A stretch of 64,000 nt of DNA from Candidatus Thioglobus sp. Lineage in GTDB: Bacteria > Pseudomonadota > Gammaproteobacteria > PS1 > Pseudothioglobaceae. Both the position numbers and the translations under genes were made by a program. A model generated the notes under the pieces. The model was not told the origin of the DNA, did no database searches, and was given only the letters and a program-made list of their open reading frames with translations. Each line of letters opens with the position of its first letter. Position 1 is the first letter of the stretch. Location of the stretch: assembly GCA_028352435.1 (NCBI GenBank), contig JAOMMB010000002.1, positions 8,539 to 72,538 of the forward strand. The letters are read 5' to 3'. This document shows positions 12,395 to 21,976 of the stretch, in pieces.

Positions 12395-12901
12395 TTAATT
12401 CTGCTGTAATATTTCTTCTAAACTTGGCTCACTATCGGTTGTTCCGCCAGCCTCCATCTCTTCAATCGTTGCATCTCTAACCAACGTGATTTCAAGCAAG
12501 AAATTGACGTCACGTCCACAAAGTGGATTATTGCCGTCAATCGTAACTGTTTCATCATCAACTTTAGTAACCAAAAAATCTTTAGGCTGGCCACCTTTAT
12601 TTTCCATCACTACCTTGGTGCCAATTTTCCGGTATTCTTGTGGAACGTTTTCGATTTTATCGATAAAGACTAGCGATTCATCTCTAGGCCCATAAAGTTT
12701 ATCTACATCAATCTTAATCTCAATAATATCACCTTCTTCTCGACCTTCAAGTTCGTTAAGAACATCTTTACCAAGGACATCATTTGCACCATGCACATAG
12801 CCAACTGGATATTCAATATTTGAAAAAACATTACCCGTCTTTCGGTCAACAACTTTATAGATTAACTCAACGTATTTAGACTCTTCAATAAAATCTGCCA
12901 T
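12395..12901 (-). CDS. SlyD/FkpB-like FKBP peptidyl-prolyl isomerase
   Basis: YVHG, LEG..EGD, YG-x-RDESLV, VTIDGNNPLCG..F, VRDAT-x-EE; no His-rich tail. Confidence 0.85.
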   Translation of the reverse strand: MADFIEESKYVELIYKVVDRKTGNVFSNIEYPVGYVHGANDVLGKDVLNELEGREEGDIIEIKIDVDKLYGPRDESLVFIDKIENVPQEYRKIGTKVVMENKGGQPKDFLVTKVDDETVTIDGNNPLCGRDVNFLLEITLVRDATIEEMEAGGTTDSEPSLEEILQQN

Positions 12902-12906
12902 AATCT

Positions 12907-13272
12907 TTAAAAAATAGTTGCGCCAAAAATTTTAATAACATCACTTTCATAACCTAAGACTAAACGACCGAGGTATTCTCCTTTCTTTTCAATGTTGAGC
13001 TTGCCATTGTTGGTTTGTCTGTACAAAACAGTCACATGTTCTCCACGGCGAATCATACCTAAGTAATCAGCGCCTTTATCTAAACCCTTGGTTAGTTCGC
13101 TACGAGCAAACTGTTTGCCCATTTCAACTTCATTTGCGCCTCGTAAAAAATCTTCTGAGAAGTTGCGCGTAAAGGCCCCATAGTTTGCATTGTTAGAAAA
13201 TTTTATCAAATCATCCCACAATGGGTGAGCGATGGCCAAAATTTCTTCGTCTGTCTTTTCTATAATATTCAT
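12907..13272 (-). CDS. Hypothetical protein, possibly NTF2/SnoaL-like fold
   Basis: 121-aa ORF; helix-NYGAFTRNFS followed by a beta-rich C-terminus. Confidence 0.65.
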   Translation of the reverse strand: MNIIEKTDEEILAIAHPLWDDLIKFSNNANYGAFTRNFSEDFLRGANEVEMGKQFARSELTKGLDKGADYLGMIRRGEHVTVLYRQTNNGKLNIEKKGEYLGRLVLGYESDVIKIFGATIF

Positions 13273-13363
13273 ACTAATAGTTCCACATTTTTTTGTATCC
13301 CCTTAATAGGGGTAAATTATTTTTTATCTATTGTAAGTCTTTTTTTTAAAACCTACAATAGAT

Positions 13364-13396
13364 AAAAAAGACCAAGCTGCAATAGCTTAGTCTTTT
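13364..13396 (-). terminator. Intrinsic terminator after aprA
   Basis: AAAAGACCAAGCT/AGCTTAGTCTTTT stem with minus-strand T-run. Confidence 0.7.
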
Positions 13397-13430
13397 ATTA
13401 TCAAAATAGAAATTATACTTCTATTTCGCT

Positions 13431-15323
13431 TTACTCATCATTTACCAAATGGTAACAAGGAGCTTTAGACATAGTGTACTCACCAGTGTCTCGATCACGT
13501 TGAGAAACTGTCAATACATGCCAGTTTTCGTCATCTAGTTTCATCGCATCACCACGGTAGTAGTAACCAGGCCAGCGAGTTTCTTTACGGAAGAACGTAT
13601 GTTGGAATACACATTCAGACGTACGATGACGATGTTTAAGCTCCCATGCACGCATTAACTGGTGTATATCTTCTGCACCTAACAATTCTAAGTCTTCTTC
13701 CATGATAGACATTTTCTGCATACCCATGTTTAGAAGTTTGTCATTAGTCATGTAAGAAACGGTTACACCACCACAGTACTCATCCATAATCTTTTGTAGA
13801 CGCTGGAGTCCAGGCATCGGAAGAATGTAACTTGGAGAAACTGTACCAGCTACGATTTCATTACGGCCAACTCTATAAGTTTCAAGTGGACGGTAAATCT
13901 CTTCTTTACGATCAGCGATCTGCTTATCAGAAACAACAATACCCTCACCTTTACCATCATCAATATACTTACAAGCAGCTTTAGCAGCTAGGCGACCTTC
14001 AGTAAATGAACCCGATGAGAATGCGTGTGGTGTACCACCAACTGCATCACCTGCACCAAATAAACCCTCAACAGACGTCATACGGTTATAGCCCCAGAAG
14101 TACTCTTCAGGAGATAGATCCTCAGGACCTGAACACCATGCACCACAACCAGTCGCGTGTGAACCCATTACATATGGCTCAGAACAAGTTAACTCTGGGT
14201 TGATGTACTTAGGATCAATATCTGTTGCAGCCCATAATACAGCTTGACCAACAGTCATACCTAAGAAGTTCTCCCAACCAACTTCCTCTAAATGTGGGTC
14301 TTGGAATGCTTCCATTGTTACCATGTGAATTGGGCCACGACCTGCGTTCATTTCTGAAATGATTGCAGATGTACGTAGACAAGTCGGAATTGGGCGAGCA
14401 GAAACATGAGACGCTTCAGTATTCAAGTAACGCTTACCAACCATTTCCTCTAATTGAGGGAACCAGTTTGATTCATACTCATCACCATAACCATTTTGGG
14501 TGTACGTATGCAAGTGTAGGAAGTATGCGCCAACAGGACCATAACCATCTTTGAAACGAGCAAGAACGATACGGTTTTCCATTTGTGTCATTTGCGCACC
14601 AGCTTCGATCATTAGACCATAAGCAGAGCCAGACGACCATGGAGCGTACCATGTACGACCTGCACCTTCACCTACTGAACGAGGCTTAAAGATGTTAGAA
14701 GCACCACCAGCACCAACAATAGTTGTCTTAGATTTAAATACATGGTAGTTACCAGTACGTACGTTAAAGCCAACACAGCCTGCAACACGGTTATCTTGTG
14801 CATCGTCCATTAATAGGTGTGTAACCATAATACGGTTGTACACTTTATCAGCTTGCTTTGTAGCAGCTTCGGCAACGATAGGCTTGTAAGATTCACCATG
14901 AATCATGATCTGCCACTTACCTTCACGCATATAAGCACCTTTTGCAAGACCTTCAGCATTTTCTTTCTTAGGATCTTTCATTAAAGGTAGACCCCATTCT
15001 TCAAATTTGTGTACTGCAGAGTCAACATGACGAGCCATGTCGAAAAGTAAATCTTCACGAACCATACCCATTAGGTCAATACGTGCATAACGCACGTGAT
15101 CTTCAGGATTGTTCTCGCCAAAACGAGTACCCATGTAACAGTTAATCGCGTACAAGCCTTGAGCAACAGCACCTGAACGGTTAATGTTTGCTTTCTCAGC
15201 AATTATTATTTTTTTGTTACGGCCCCAGTATCTAGCTTCATACGCAGCACCTGTGCCGCCTAAGCCAGCACCAACAACAAGGATGTCAATGTTGTCTTCT
15301 ACAATAGTTTTATAGGCTTTCAT
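13431..15323 (-). CDS. aprA: Adenylylsulfate (APS) reductase alpha subunit
   Basis: RSGAVAQGLYAINCY, WQIMIHGESYK, HAFSSGSFTEG, ETRWPGYYYR. Confidence 0.98.
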   Translation of the reverse strand: MKAYKTIVEDNIDILVVGAGLGGTGAAYEARYWGRNKKIIIAEKANINRSGAVAQGLYAINCYMGTRFGENNPEDHVRYARIDLMGMVREDLLFDMARHVDSAVHKFEEWGLPLMKDPKKENAEGLAKGAYMREGKWQIMIHGESYKPIVAEAATKQADKVYNRIMVTHLLMDDAQDNRVAGCVGFNVRTGNYHVFKSKTTIVGAGGASNIFKPRSVGEGAGRTWYAPWSSGSAYGLMIEAGAQMTQMENRIVLARFKDGYGPVGAYFLHLHTYTQNGYGDEYESNWFPQLEEMVGKRYLNTEASHVSARPIPTCLRTSAIISEMNAGRGPIHMVTMEAFQDPHLEEVGWENFLGMTVGQAVLWAATDIDPKYINPELTCSEPYVMGSHATGCGAWCSGPEDLSPEEYFWGYNRMTSVEGLFGAGDAVGGTPHAFSSGSFTEGRLAAKAACKYIDDGKGEGIVVSDKQIADRKEEIYRPLETYRVGRNEIVAGTVSPSYILPMPGLQRLQKIMDEYCGGVTVSYMTNDKLLNMGMQKMSIMEEDLELLGAEDIHQLMRAWELKHRHRTSECVFQHTFFRKETRWPGYYYRGDAMKLDDENWHVLTVSQRDRDTGEYTMSKAPCYHLVNDE

Positions 15324-15801
15324 GGTACTCTGCTCCTAATTTCAATGATAGTTTGTTAGACTCTAGTGTGTGTAATCCACCATCATCCATACGGATGTAC
15401 TTAGGCTCAAATGATAATAGCTGTGAATTACGCATTTCATCACTAGGCTCTGCTTCATCTCTAAAGTCAGGAATCTTAGTTCCCCATGGTTGAGTTGTAA
15501 TTGGCGACAAGAAATTCTTAACGCGACCATCACGGAATTTAACTCTCCATGCGATCGTGCCTTTCTCTTCATCACGAATAGTACGCACACTATGGCCTAA
15601 TGGCGCAAAGTCTGCGTAACCACGTACGTCAATAGCTTGGTGTGGACATGCTTTAACACATGAATAGCACTCCCAACACATGTTAGGTTCAATGTTATAA
15701 GCACGACGATATTTATCGTCAATGTGCATAATGTCAGATGGGCAGATATCTACACAATGTCCACAACCATCACAACGAGTCATATATACAAAAGTTGGCA
15801 T
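15310..15801 (-). CDS. aprB: APS reductase beta subunit
   Basis: MPTFVYMTRCDGCGHCVDICP, CWECYSCVKACP, VRGYADF. Confidence 0.98.
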   Translation of the reverse strand: MPTFVYMTRCDGCGHCVDICPSDIMHIDDKYRRAYNIEPNMCWECYSCVKACPHQAIDVRGYADFAPLGHSVRTIRDEEKGTIAWRVKFRDGRVKNFLSPITTQPWGTKIPDFRDEAEPSDEMRNSQLLSFEPKYIRMDDGGLHTLESNKLSLKLGAEYHESL

Positions 15802-15833
15802 ATTGTTTCCTCTCTTAAGTTAATTAATTAATA

Positions 15834-16727
15834 TTAGTAGTGATTAGGCGCTTCGCGCTTAATACCAAGACCCATGTCCATTGGTGCATCTTTAAGAAGC
15901 TCCATAGAGTGTCTGTTTTGCTGGAACTCATCGTCTGCAGCAGTTTTGCCACCAAATCTAGTTTCATGCGGTAAGTTCTCGTTTGTACCATTTGCTTTAA
16001 TAACGCGCTTGTTGTAACCAGCAGCAGGCTTGAAGAACATGTGAGAGAATTTAGACCAATAAACACCACCAAATAATGATGCAGTTGAAAGAATTACTAG
16101 TGCAAACCAAATACCTGTTCCACCGTTTGTTGCAGACCAACCAATAGCTGTTACTGAAGTTGCCATTAACGCTAATGAGAACGAATCTTTTCTAAGTGTA
16201 ACACTCGTCCAAGGGACTCCTTCAGATTCGCTATCTACTTTGAATGAGAACCAATACCAGAAAGTACCAATAAACAACAAAATTGCACCTGTATTCCATA
16301 CTTGGGCTAATATCGTTGTTGACTCTTCACCGAAGATGATCATTGCAGTTGCTGCATTAAACAAAATGAAACCATACATCGTTAAGATATGGACCAAACG
16401 ACGAACTGGATTTTTAAACTCACCGGCTGTAGCTACATCTATCAATAGTGTGTCTACCATGATACCGGCCTTGTCGCCAGCAGTAAGCTGCTTTAGTCTG
16501 CCTTCTTCTCTACCAAGTGAACAAGGTGCATCACCAGCAGCTAATAACGCCTCTGATTTTGCAACTGCGTTGTCAAAATATGTTTTACTGCCTTTATGGA
16601 TTAAGTCTGCAATTGTCATACTTACCACTAGGGCAACCATAATGATTACATACATCTGCATATCTGCATATGTATACGCTGCTGAATCTATTAAAGTAGC
16701 GATTGGTGTTGTGTCAAAATTGATCAT
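15834..16727 (-). CDS. aprM: APS reductase membrane anchor
   Basis: Multi-TM protein directly upstream of aprB; GEF..RRLVH..MYG and WSKFSHMFFKP motifs. Confidence 0.9.
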   Translation of the reverse strand: MINFDTTPIATLIDSAAYTYADMQMYVIIMVALVVSMTIADLIHKGSKTYFDNAVAKSEALLAAGDAPCSLGREEGRLKQLTAGDKAGIMVDTLLIDVATAGEFKNPVRRLVHILTMYGFILFNAATAMIIFGEESTTILAQVWNTGAILLFIGTFWYWFSFKVDSESEGVPWTSVTLRKDSFSLALMATSVTAIGWSATNGGTGIWFALVILSTASLFGGVYWSKFSHMFFKPAAGYNKRVIKANGTNENLPHETRFGGKTAADDEFQQNRHSMELLKDAPMDMGLGIKREAPNHY

Positions 16728-16847
16728 GAGTTTAATTCTCCTTAGGTTAAATCAATTACTTCTGTTTATGCCAATCTCTCAATTGGCTCTTTTTCACAGT
16801 TTTGCTCTATCTCAAACGTGGGTTACGCTTTTGTTAAAAGTTCAACT

Positions 16848-16875
16848 ATTATACTTCTTTAAATTTTTGCCTCAA
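16848..16875 (-). promoter_or_regulatory. Putative sigma70 promoter for aprMBA
   Basis: TTGAGG-16 nt-TATAAT on the minus strand. Confidence 0.45.
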
Positions 16876-16964
16876 TGCAAACATGACTAGTTTATAGAGA
16901 TATCATAATATACCTCTTTGGTAATATTAATCTATTTCCCACGCAGTCAAGTTTTTATGAATTA

Positions 16965-18173
16965 CTATTTAGCTGAATGACCGCTTAATTTAACCTCAAC
17001 CTTGTCTTCTTCCTTGATTGTTGCATAGTATGCTTGTAATACTTTAGCGACTTCAGGGCGTGAAAATTCTGATGGAAGGTCTTCGCCTTCAGACAACATC
17101 TTACGAACTTTTGTACCTGAAAGTAAAACGCGATCTTTAGCTTCATGAGGGCAAGTCTTCATTGAAGACATACCGCCACATTCATGACACCAGAATGTCC
17201 AATCAATTTTAAGTGGTTGCGTGATTAATGCATCATCAGCAATTTCATCAAAGATATTATGCGCATCAAACGGACCATAGTAGTCGTCAACACCTGCATG
17301 ATCACGACCAACGATTAGGTGTGAACAGCCGTAGTTTTGTCTAAATAATGCATGCAATAAAGCCTCGCGAGGACCTGCATAACGCATGTCTAGTGGGTAG
17401 CCAGATTGAAGTACTGTATTATCTACAAAGTAATTTTCAATCAAGACTGAAATTGCTTCAGAACGAACATCGGCAGGAATATCACCCGCTTTAAGTCCAC
17501 CTAAAACTGAGTGAATCATAACACCATCACAAATCTCGACAGCAATTTTTGCTAAGTATTCATGCGATCGATGCATTGGATTACGAGTTTGGAATGCGGC
17601 AATTGTCTTCCAACCTTTATCATCAAAATAAGCGCGCGTTTCAGCTGGAGTCATATATAAAGCGCCGAACTTTTCAGGGAATCCACCATCTGACAATACT
17701 TTAATAGGGCCTGCAAGGTTATATTTTCCTTGCGCCTTAACCATGACAACACCTGGATGTGCATCTTCAGTTGTTTTGAAAACTTTTTCACACTCATGGT
17801 CTTTGTCAATGACGTACTTCTCAGTCACCGTCATTGTCGCCATAATGTTACCTGACTTACTGCTAACAATTGTAATTTCATCGCCCGCTTTAACGGCTTC
17901 ATCATCTGTTGATAGCGTCACTGGAATTGGCCAAAATAAGCCATTAGTCATAGTCATGTTGTCGCAAACACCTTGCCAGTCTGCTTTACCCATGAAACCT
18001 TCTAAAGGATTGAAACCGCCAATACCCAACATAACAATGTCACCTTCCTCTCTAGAAGAACATGTGATTTTTGCTAGAGATTCAGCTCTTGCTAATTCTG
18101 CTGTTAGCGCATCACCTGACAATGCTAACGCATTAAGTGTGTCACTACCATGTGGTGGGACTAATTTTGACAT
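16965..18173 (-). CDS. sat: Sulfate adenylyltransferase (ATP sulfurylase)
   Basis: [35 protein letters not shown]. Confidence 0.98.
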   Translation of the reverse strand: MSKLVPPHGSDTLNALALSGDALTAELARAESLAKITCSSREEGDIVMLGIGGFNPLEGFMGKADWQGVCDNMTMTNGLFWPIPVTLSTDDEAVKAGDEITIVSSKSGNIMATMTVTEKYVIDKDHECEKVFKTTEDAHPGVVMVKAQGKYNLAGPIKVLSDGGFPEKFGALYMTPAETRAYFDDKGWKTIAAFQTRNPMHRSHEYLAKIAVEICDGVMIHSVLGGLKAGDIPADVRSEAISVLIENYFVDNTVLQSGYPLDMRYAGPREALLHALFRQNYGCSHLIVGRDHAGVDDYYGPFDAHNIFDEIADDALITQPLKIDWTFWCHECGGMSSMKTCPHEAKDRVLLSGTKVRKMLSEGEDLPSEFSRPEVAKVLQAYYATIKEEDKVEVKLSGHSAK

Positions 18174-18275
18174 AGTACAATCCTATTTATGTTTAAAGAT
18201 AGAAAATTATACCTATTGTGCTTTTTTATACGGCCTCCATATAGGGGTACTCTTATATATCTCTTAGGATATATA

Positions 18276-18761
18276 CTAAAGCTTGATCTTAAATCTAACT
18301 CTTTGTAAGCCGTCTTTGGATTTATTGGCTATCACTTTGTCTTTCTTAATATCGTAATCTAGCGTACCACCACTAAACGAATCAAAGCCTTGAACCAAGT
18401 GCGCACGACCTTTTAGATGCACCATCTGCTTTTGAATGAGATAGGTAATCTTACTCGCCGTTGCTTCAATAAAACGTGGCTGAGTTGGCTGGCTTTGTTG
18501 GTAGTGAGCACGCTGCTTTTTATTGCCATTGGCAATCATTTTAGTCACTTGTGTTTGATTGCTAAATAGCTGTATCTTTTCAGCACTTAAAATTAATGAT
18601 CCCTGAGCTACGATAGCCTTGCCAGTGTAAATACTAATACCTTTTTTTTCATCAATAAGCACGGCCTGTGCTTTCACATTGATAGGCTGAGTAGCGTCAT
18701 TTTGTAGAGCTATAGAAACTCCGGGCATCAGACAAACTATAAGAAATAGCTTGTTAATCAT
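18276..18761 (-). CDS. lptA: LPS transport periplasmic protein LptA
   Basis: Signal peptide, ALQNDATQPINVKA, beta-jellyroll pattern, C-terminal RVRFKI; follows lptC. Confidence 0.85.
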   Translation of the reverse strand: MINKLFLIVCLMPGVSIALQNDATQPINVKAQAVLIDEKKGISIYTGKAIVAQGSLILSAEKIQLFSNQTQVTKMIANGNKKQRAHYQQSQPTQPRFIEATASKITYLIQKQMVHLKGRAHLVQGFDSFSGGTLDYDIKKDKVIANKSKDGLQRVRFKIKL

Positions 18762-19728
18762 ATCGCCCTACTACGTCGCCCGTAAACTGAATTTTTTGCT
18801 TATCTGCATCATAACGCATGCCTAATGCACGAATGTCTGCCACACTTGACTGATAATGAATGCTATTGTCTGTTATATAAACTTCTGCGTTGTTTGACTG
18901 ATCAACTATTAAATCTTCAGTATCGATAGTTGATCCTGAATTTTGCAAAATATTAACTTGCCCTAACAATTGGATTGCTTTATCTTTCATGTCCATGCCT
19001 TGAGCATAAACCTTATTTTCTGAAGACAAATAAGTGGTTTTATCATCTGAATAATAATGTTTCTGATCATTGGACTGATCAACATATAAATCTTTAGTGA
19101 GCATCTTTTGGCCACTGTCTTGATTAATCACCACATCACCTGTTAGCTTCATTTTATCAACTTTAGTTTGCATGCTCATGCCTTGGGAAATAATTTTTGA
19201 ACCTTCTCCCAGATAAGTAACTTTTTCATTGCTTAATAGATCATCTGTATTGGTATCAACCAACAACTCTTCGGTGTTCATTTTATGGCTAGCCCCATTA
19301 CTTGAGGAGATATCCACCTCCCCCTTAAAGCTTACCTCGCCAGTAGTGAGGTAATTAGCACGCTTAGATTTTAATATATAATCAGTTTCACCATTTTTAT
19401 CGTAAATTGTTACTCTAGGATTAACCAATAAAGCTGGCTCGTCTTTAAAGTTAAGGTAGACATCTGCTTCAACAAAATGAGACAACACTCGGTTAATGCC
19501 AAATTCTTGCAACGCAAAGTTTTCAATCTTCTCTATATAACCAGATTTTTGAGAAAGCACGGGCTGGGTAATCGCTCCATCACTTCTTAATTCAATAGAA
19601 TCTGTAGAATCTGGCGCTGTTAATTGGTCAAATGAATAAGACAAACCCTTCATCAAAAGCCACATAGTGGCAATAACCACTATAATAAATGTTGTAAGTA
19701 ATAAATTATGTCTTAATTGAAAATTCAT
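18754..19728 (-). CDS. lptC: LptC-like protein with three tandem 59-aa jellyroll repeats
   Basis: N-terminal TM; repeated T-x-x-L-x-VD...GM...G-x-V units; upstream of lptA. Confidence 0.75.
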   Translation of the reverse strand: MNFQLRHNLLLTTFIIVVIATMWLLMKGLSYSFDQLTAPDSTDSIELRSDGAITQPVLSQKSGYIEKIENFALQEFGINRVLSHFVEADVYLNFKDEPALLVNPRVTIYDKNGETDYILKSKRANYLTTGEVSFKGEVDISSSNGASHKMNTEELLVDTNTDDLLSNEKVTYLGEGSKIISQGMSMQTKVDKMKLTGDVVINQDSGQKMLTKDLYVDQSNDQKHYYSDDKTTYLSSENKVYAQGMDMKDKAIQLLGQVNILQNSGSTIDTEDLIVDQSNNAEVYITDNSIHYQSSVADIRALGMRYDADKQKIQFTGDVVGRYD

Positions 19729-19729
19729 T

Positions 19730-20308
19730 ATGTCAAATTCAGTTGAAAAAATTCGTGGTATTTACGCTATTACACCGGATGTTTCTCTTAACCTCGATCA
19801 AGTTGAAAAAGTAATTACTCAGCATCATATTAGCATTTTGCAGTACCGACGCAAAACCGCTGATGACGATTTAAAGCTTAAAGAAGCTACTAAACTACGT
19901 CAATTATGTTTACAACATCATACTTTATTTATCATCAATGATGATATCAACCTCGCTCAAAAAGTTGGTGCAGATGGCGTCCATCTGGGCAAAAATGACA
20001 CCTCTATCGAGCAAGCACGCCAACTGCTCAAAAACGACGCCATTATTGGCGTGTCTTGTTATGATGATATAAATTTGGCAATCAATGCTCAAGAAAAAGG
20101 CGCTACTTATGTAGCTTTTGGCGCTTTATTTACGTCCAGCACCAAACCAGACGCACCTCATTGCTCATTGGGCACTATTACCCAGGCTCAGCAAACTCTC
20201 AAAGTCCCAATTGTAGGTATTGGCGGCGTTGATTTTAACAATCAAGAGGATGCATTCAAAGCTGGATGTACTGCTGTAGCAATGGTTAGCGCTTTATTTG
20301 CACGGTAA
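19730..20308 (+). CDS. thiE: Thiamine-phosphate synthase
   Basis: GIYAIT, QYR-x-K, IINDD, GVHLG, GVSCY, STKP. Confidence 0.93.
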   Translation: MSNSVEKIRGIYAITPDVSLNLDQVEKVITQHHISILQYRRKTADDDLKLKEATKLRQLCLQHHTLFIINDDINLAQKVGADGVHLGKNDTSIEQARQLLKNDAIIGVSCYDDINLAINAQEKGATYVAFGALFTSSTKPDAPHCSLGTITQAQQTLKVPIVGIGGVDFNNQEDAFKAGCTAVAMVSALFAR

Positions 20309-20395
20309 CTTTAGATTACAGGTACAATGAAAAAACATTGGCTCTGATCTTGTTCGGTCTAACTAATAATAATTTACTAAACTTGAGGGAGTTTT

Positions 20396-21433
20396 ATGTT
20401 CAAACTAGGTCTATTCAAGCCTAAGTGTCTATCAATTGACTTAGGCACTGTTAATACATTAATTTATTTAAATGGTGAACTCGTTCTTGACGAGCCATCA
20501 GTCGTTGCCATTCGTGATGAACCAGGCTCTATAGAGAAAATAGTCGTTGCCGTTGGTAAAGAGGCTAAAAATATGCTGGGAAGGACGCCAGGCGCTATTC
20601 AAGCTATTCGACCAATGAAAGATGGTGTGATTGCTGATTTCAGCATCACCAAAAAAATGCTACAGTATTTTATTCGTCAGGTGATGAAGCAAGGTTTCTT
20701 TTCACCTTCGCCTTCAATTTTGATTTGTGTTCCTTGTGGCGCCACCCAGGTGGAGCGTCGAGCTATCAAAGAAAGTGCAGTTGAGGCGGGTGCTAAAGAG
20801 GTGTTCTTAATCGATGAACCTATTGCTGCTGCATTGGGTGCGGGCATGGATATTGGTGAGTCAGCAGGAAACATGGTGGTTGACATTGGTGGTGGCACTA
20901 CCGAAATTGGCATTATGTCTCTTAATGGTATCGTTTATGCAGATTCGGTGCGTGTTGCTGGTGACGCCTTTAATGAAAGTATTACCAAGTACGTGCGTCG
21001 AGAGCATCAAGTTATTATTGGCGAAGTTACTGCTGAAAAAATTAAAGAAGAAGTGGGTTCTGCTTTTAAATCTAGTGCTATTAAAAAAGCTAAGTACATA
21101 GGTAGAGGTGTAGCCTCAGGACTGCCAACTGAGTTTATTATGACTAACACCCAAACTCTAGATGCTTTAAGAGAGCCATTAGCAGCAATCATAGGTGCCA
21201 TCAGAGTCGCTTTAGAGCAAACACCACCTGAACTATCTTCTGATATAGCAGAAAGTGGTGTCATGCTAACTGGGGGTGGCGCATTATTAGAAGGCTTGAG
21301 TGAGTTAATAAAAACTAGAACAAACCTTGACGTGCACATTGCTGACAACCCACTAATTTGTGTTGCTCACGGCGCTAATATGGCATTAGAAATGATTAAC
21401 AAGCAACAAATGGCCTTTGTATCAGCTGAATAA
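20396..21433 (+). CDS. mreB: Rod shape-determining actin homolog
   Basis: IDLGTVNT, EPSVVA, PMKDGVIADF, DIGGGTTE, LTGGGALL. Confidence 0.96.
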   Translation: MFKLGLFKPKCLSIDLGTVNTLIYLNGELVLDEPSVVAIRDEPGSIEKIVVAVGKEAKNMLGRTPGAIQAIRPMKDGVIADFSITKKMLQYFIRQVMKQGFFSPSPSILICVPCGATQVERRAIKESAVEAGAKEVFLIDEPIAAALGAGMDIGESAGNMVVDIGGGTTEIGIMSLNGIVYADSVRVAGDAFNESITKYVRREHQVIIGEVTAEKIKEEVGSAFKSSAIKKAKYIGRGVASGLPTEFIMTNTQTLDALREPLAAIIGAIRVALEQTPPELSSDIAESGVMLTGGGALLEGLSELIKTRTNLDVHIADNPLICVAHGANMALEMINKQQMAFVSAE

Positions 21434-21438
21434 GCCCA

Positions 21439-21753
21439 ATGAAGAAAATTCATCTAAAGCCCATATTGATTTTAGCTTTTTTATTATGCGCCACAGGTTT
21501 TGCACAAGCACACAATCATGCAAATGATCAAAATTTAGATGTTAATCAATTAGAATTATTGGCTGAGCAAGGTGATATATCTGCTCAATACGAATTGGGT
21601 GTTATGTATGCCGAAGGCGAAAGTACTAACAAAAACAGAACAAAAGCTAAATACTACTTAGATAAGGTTATTGACAACCAAAATCAAAGCAGCTTAGCCT
21701 TTGCTGACGTAGCTAAAATATATTGGGAAATGTTTGAACTTTGGAAGTACTAA
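21439..21753 (+). CDS. Small secreted protein with a single SEL1 repeat
   Basis: Signal peptide (AQA), AEQGDISAQYELGVMYAEG. Confidence 0.8.
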   Translation: MKKIHLKPILILAFLLCATGFAQAHNHANDQNLDVNQLELLAEQGDISAQYELGVMYAEGESTNKNRTKAKYYLDKVIDNQNQSSLAFADVAKIYWEMFELWKY

Positions 21754-21777
21754 TCCTGCCTAGATTTTAAGAGCCAA

Positions 21778-21945
21778 TTACTTAGAGCGGCTCGGCATCA
21801 TGTCTGTTTCGACTAATGCAGCTTTAGCTGACGCTACTGAAAGAACAGCCTCCTCAGCTTTAACTACCTGTTCTACTTCATGCCAACAAGAGCTTAAAAA
21901 TACAGCAATGGAAGCGATTAGAGTTAGTTTGATAATCTTTATCAT
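21778..21945 (-). CDS. 55-aa putative lipoprotein (absent from ORF track)
   Basis: Hand translation MIKIIKLTLIASIAVFLSSCWHEVEQVVKAEEAVLSVASAKAALVETDMMPSRSK; LSSC lipobox; AAAGG SD. Confidence 0.65.
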   Translation of the reverse strand: MIKIIKLTLIASIAVFLSSCWHEVEQVVKAEEAVLSVASAKAALVETDMMPSRSK

Positions 21946-21976
21946 AATTGTCGGCCTTTTATTTGAAAGTTAAAAA

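Noticed and set aside
16240-16890. 216-aa + strand ORF
   Set aside because: Antisense to aprM, no motif or SD; the same applies to the other short antisense or alternate-frame ORFs inside housekeeping genes
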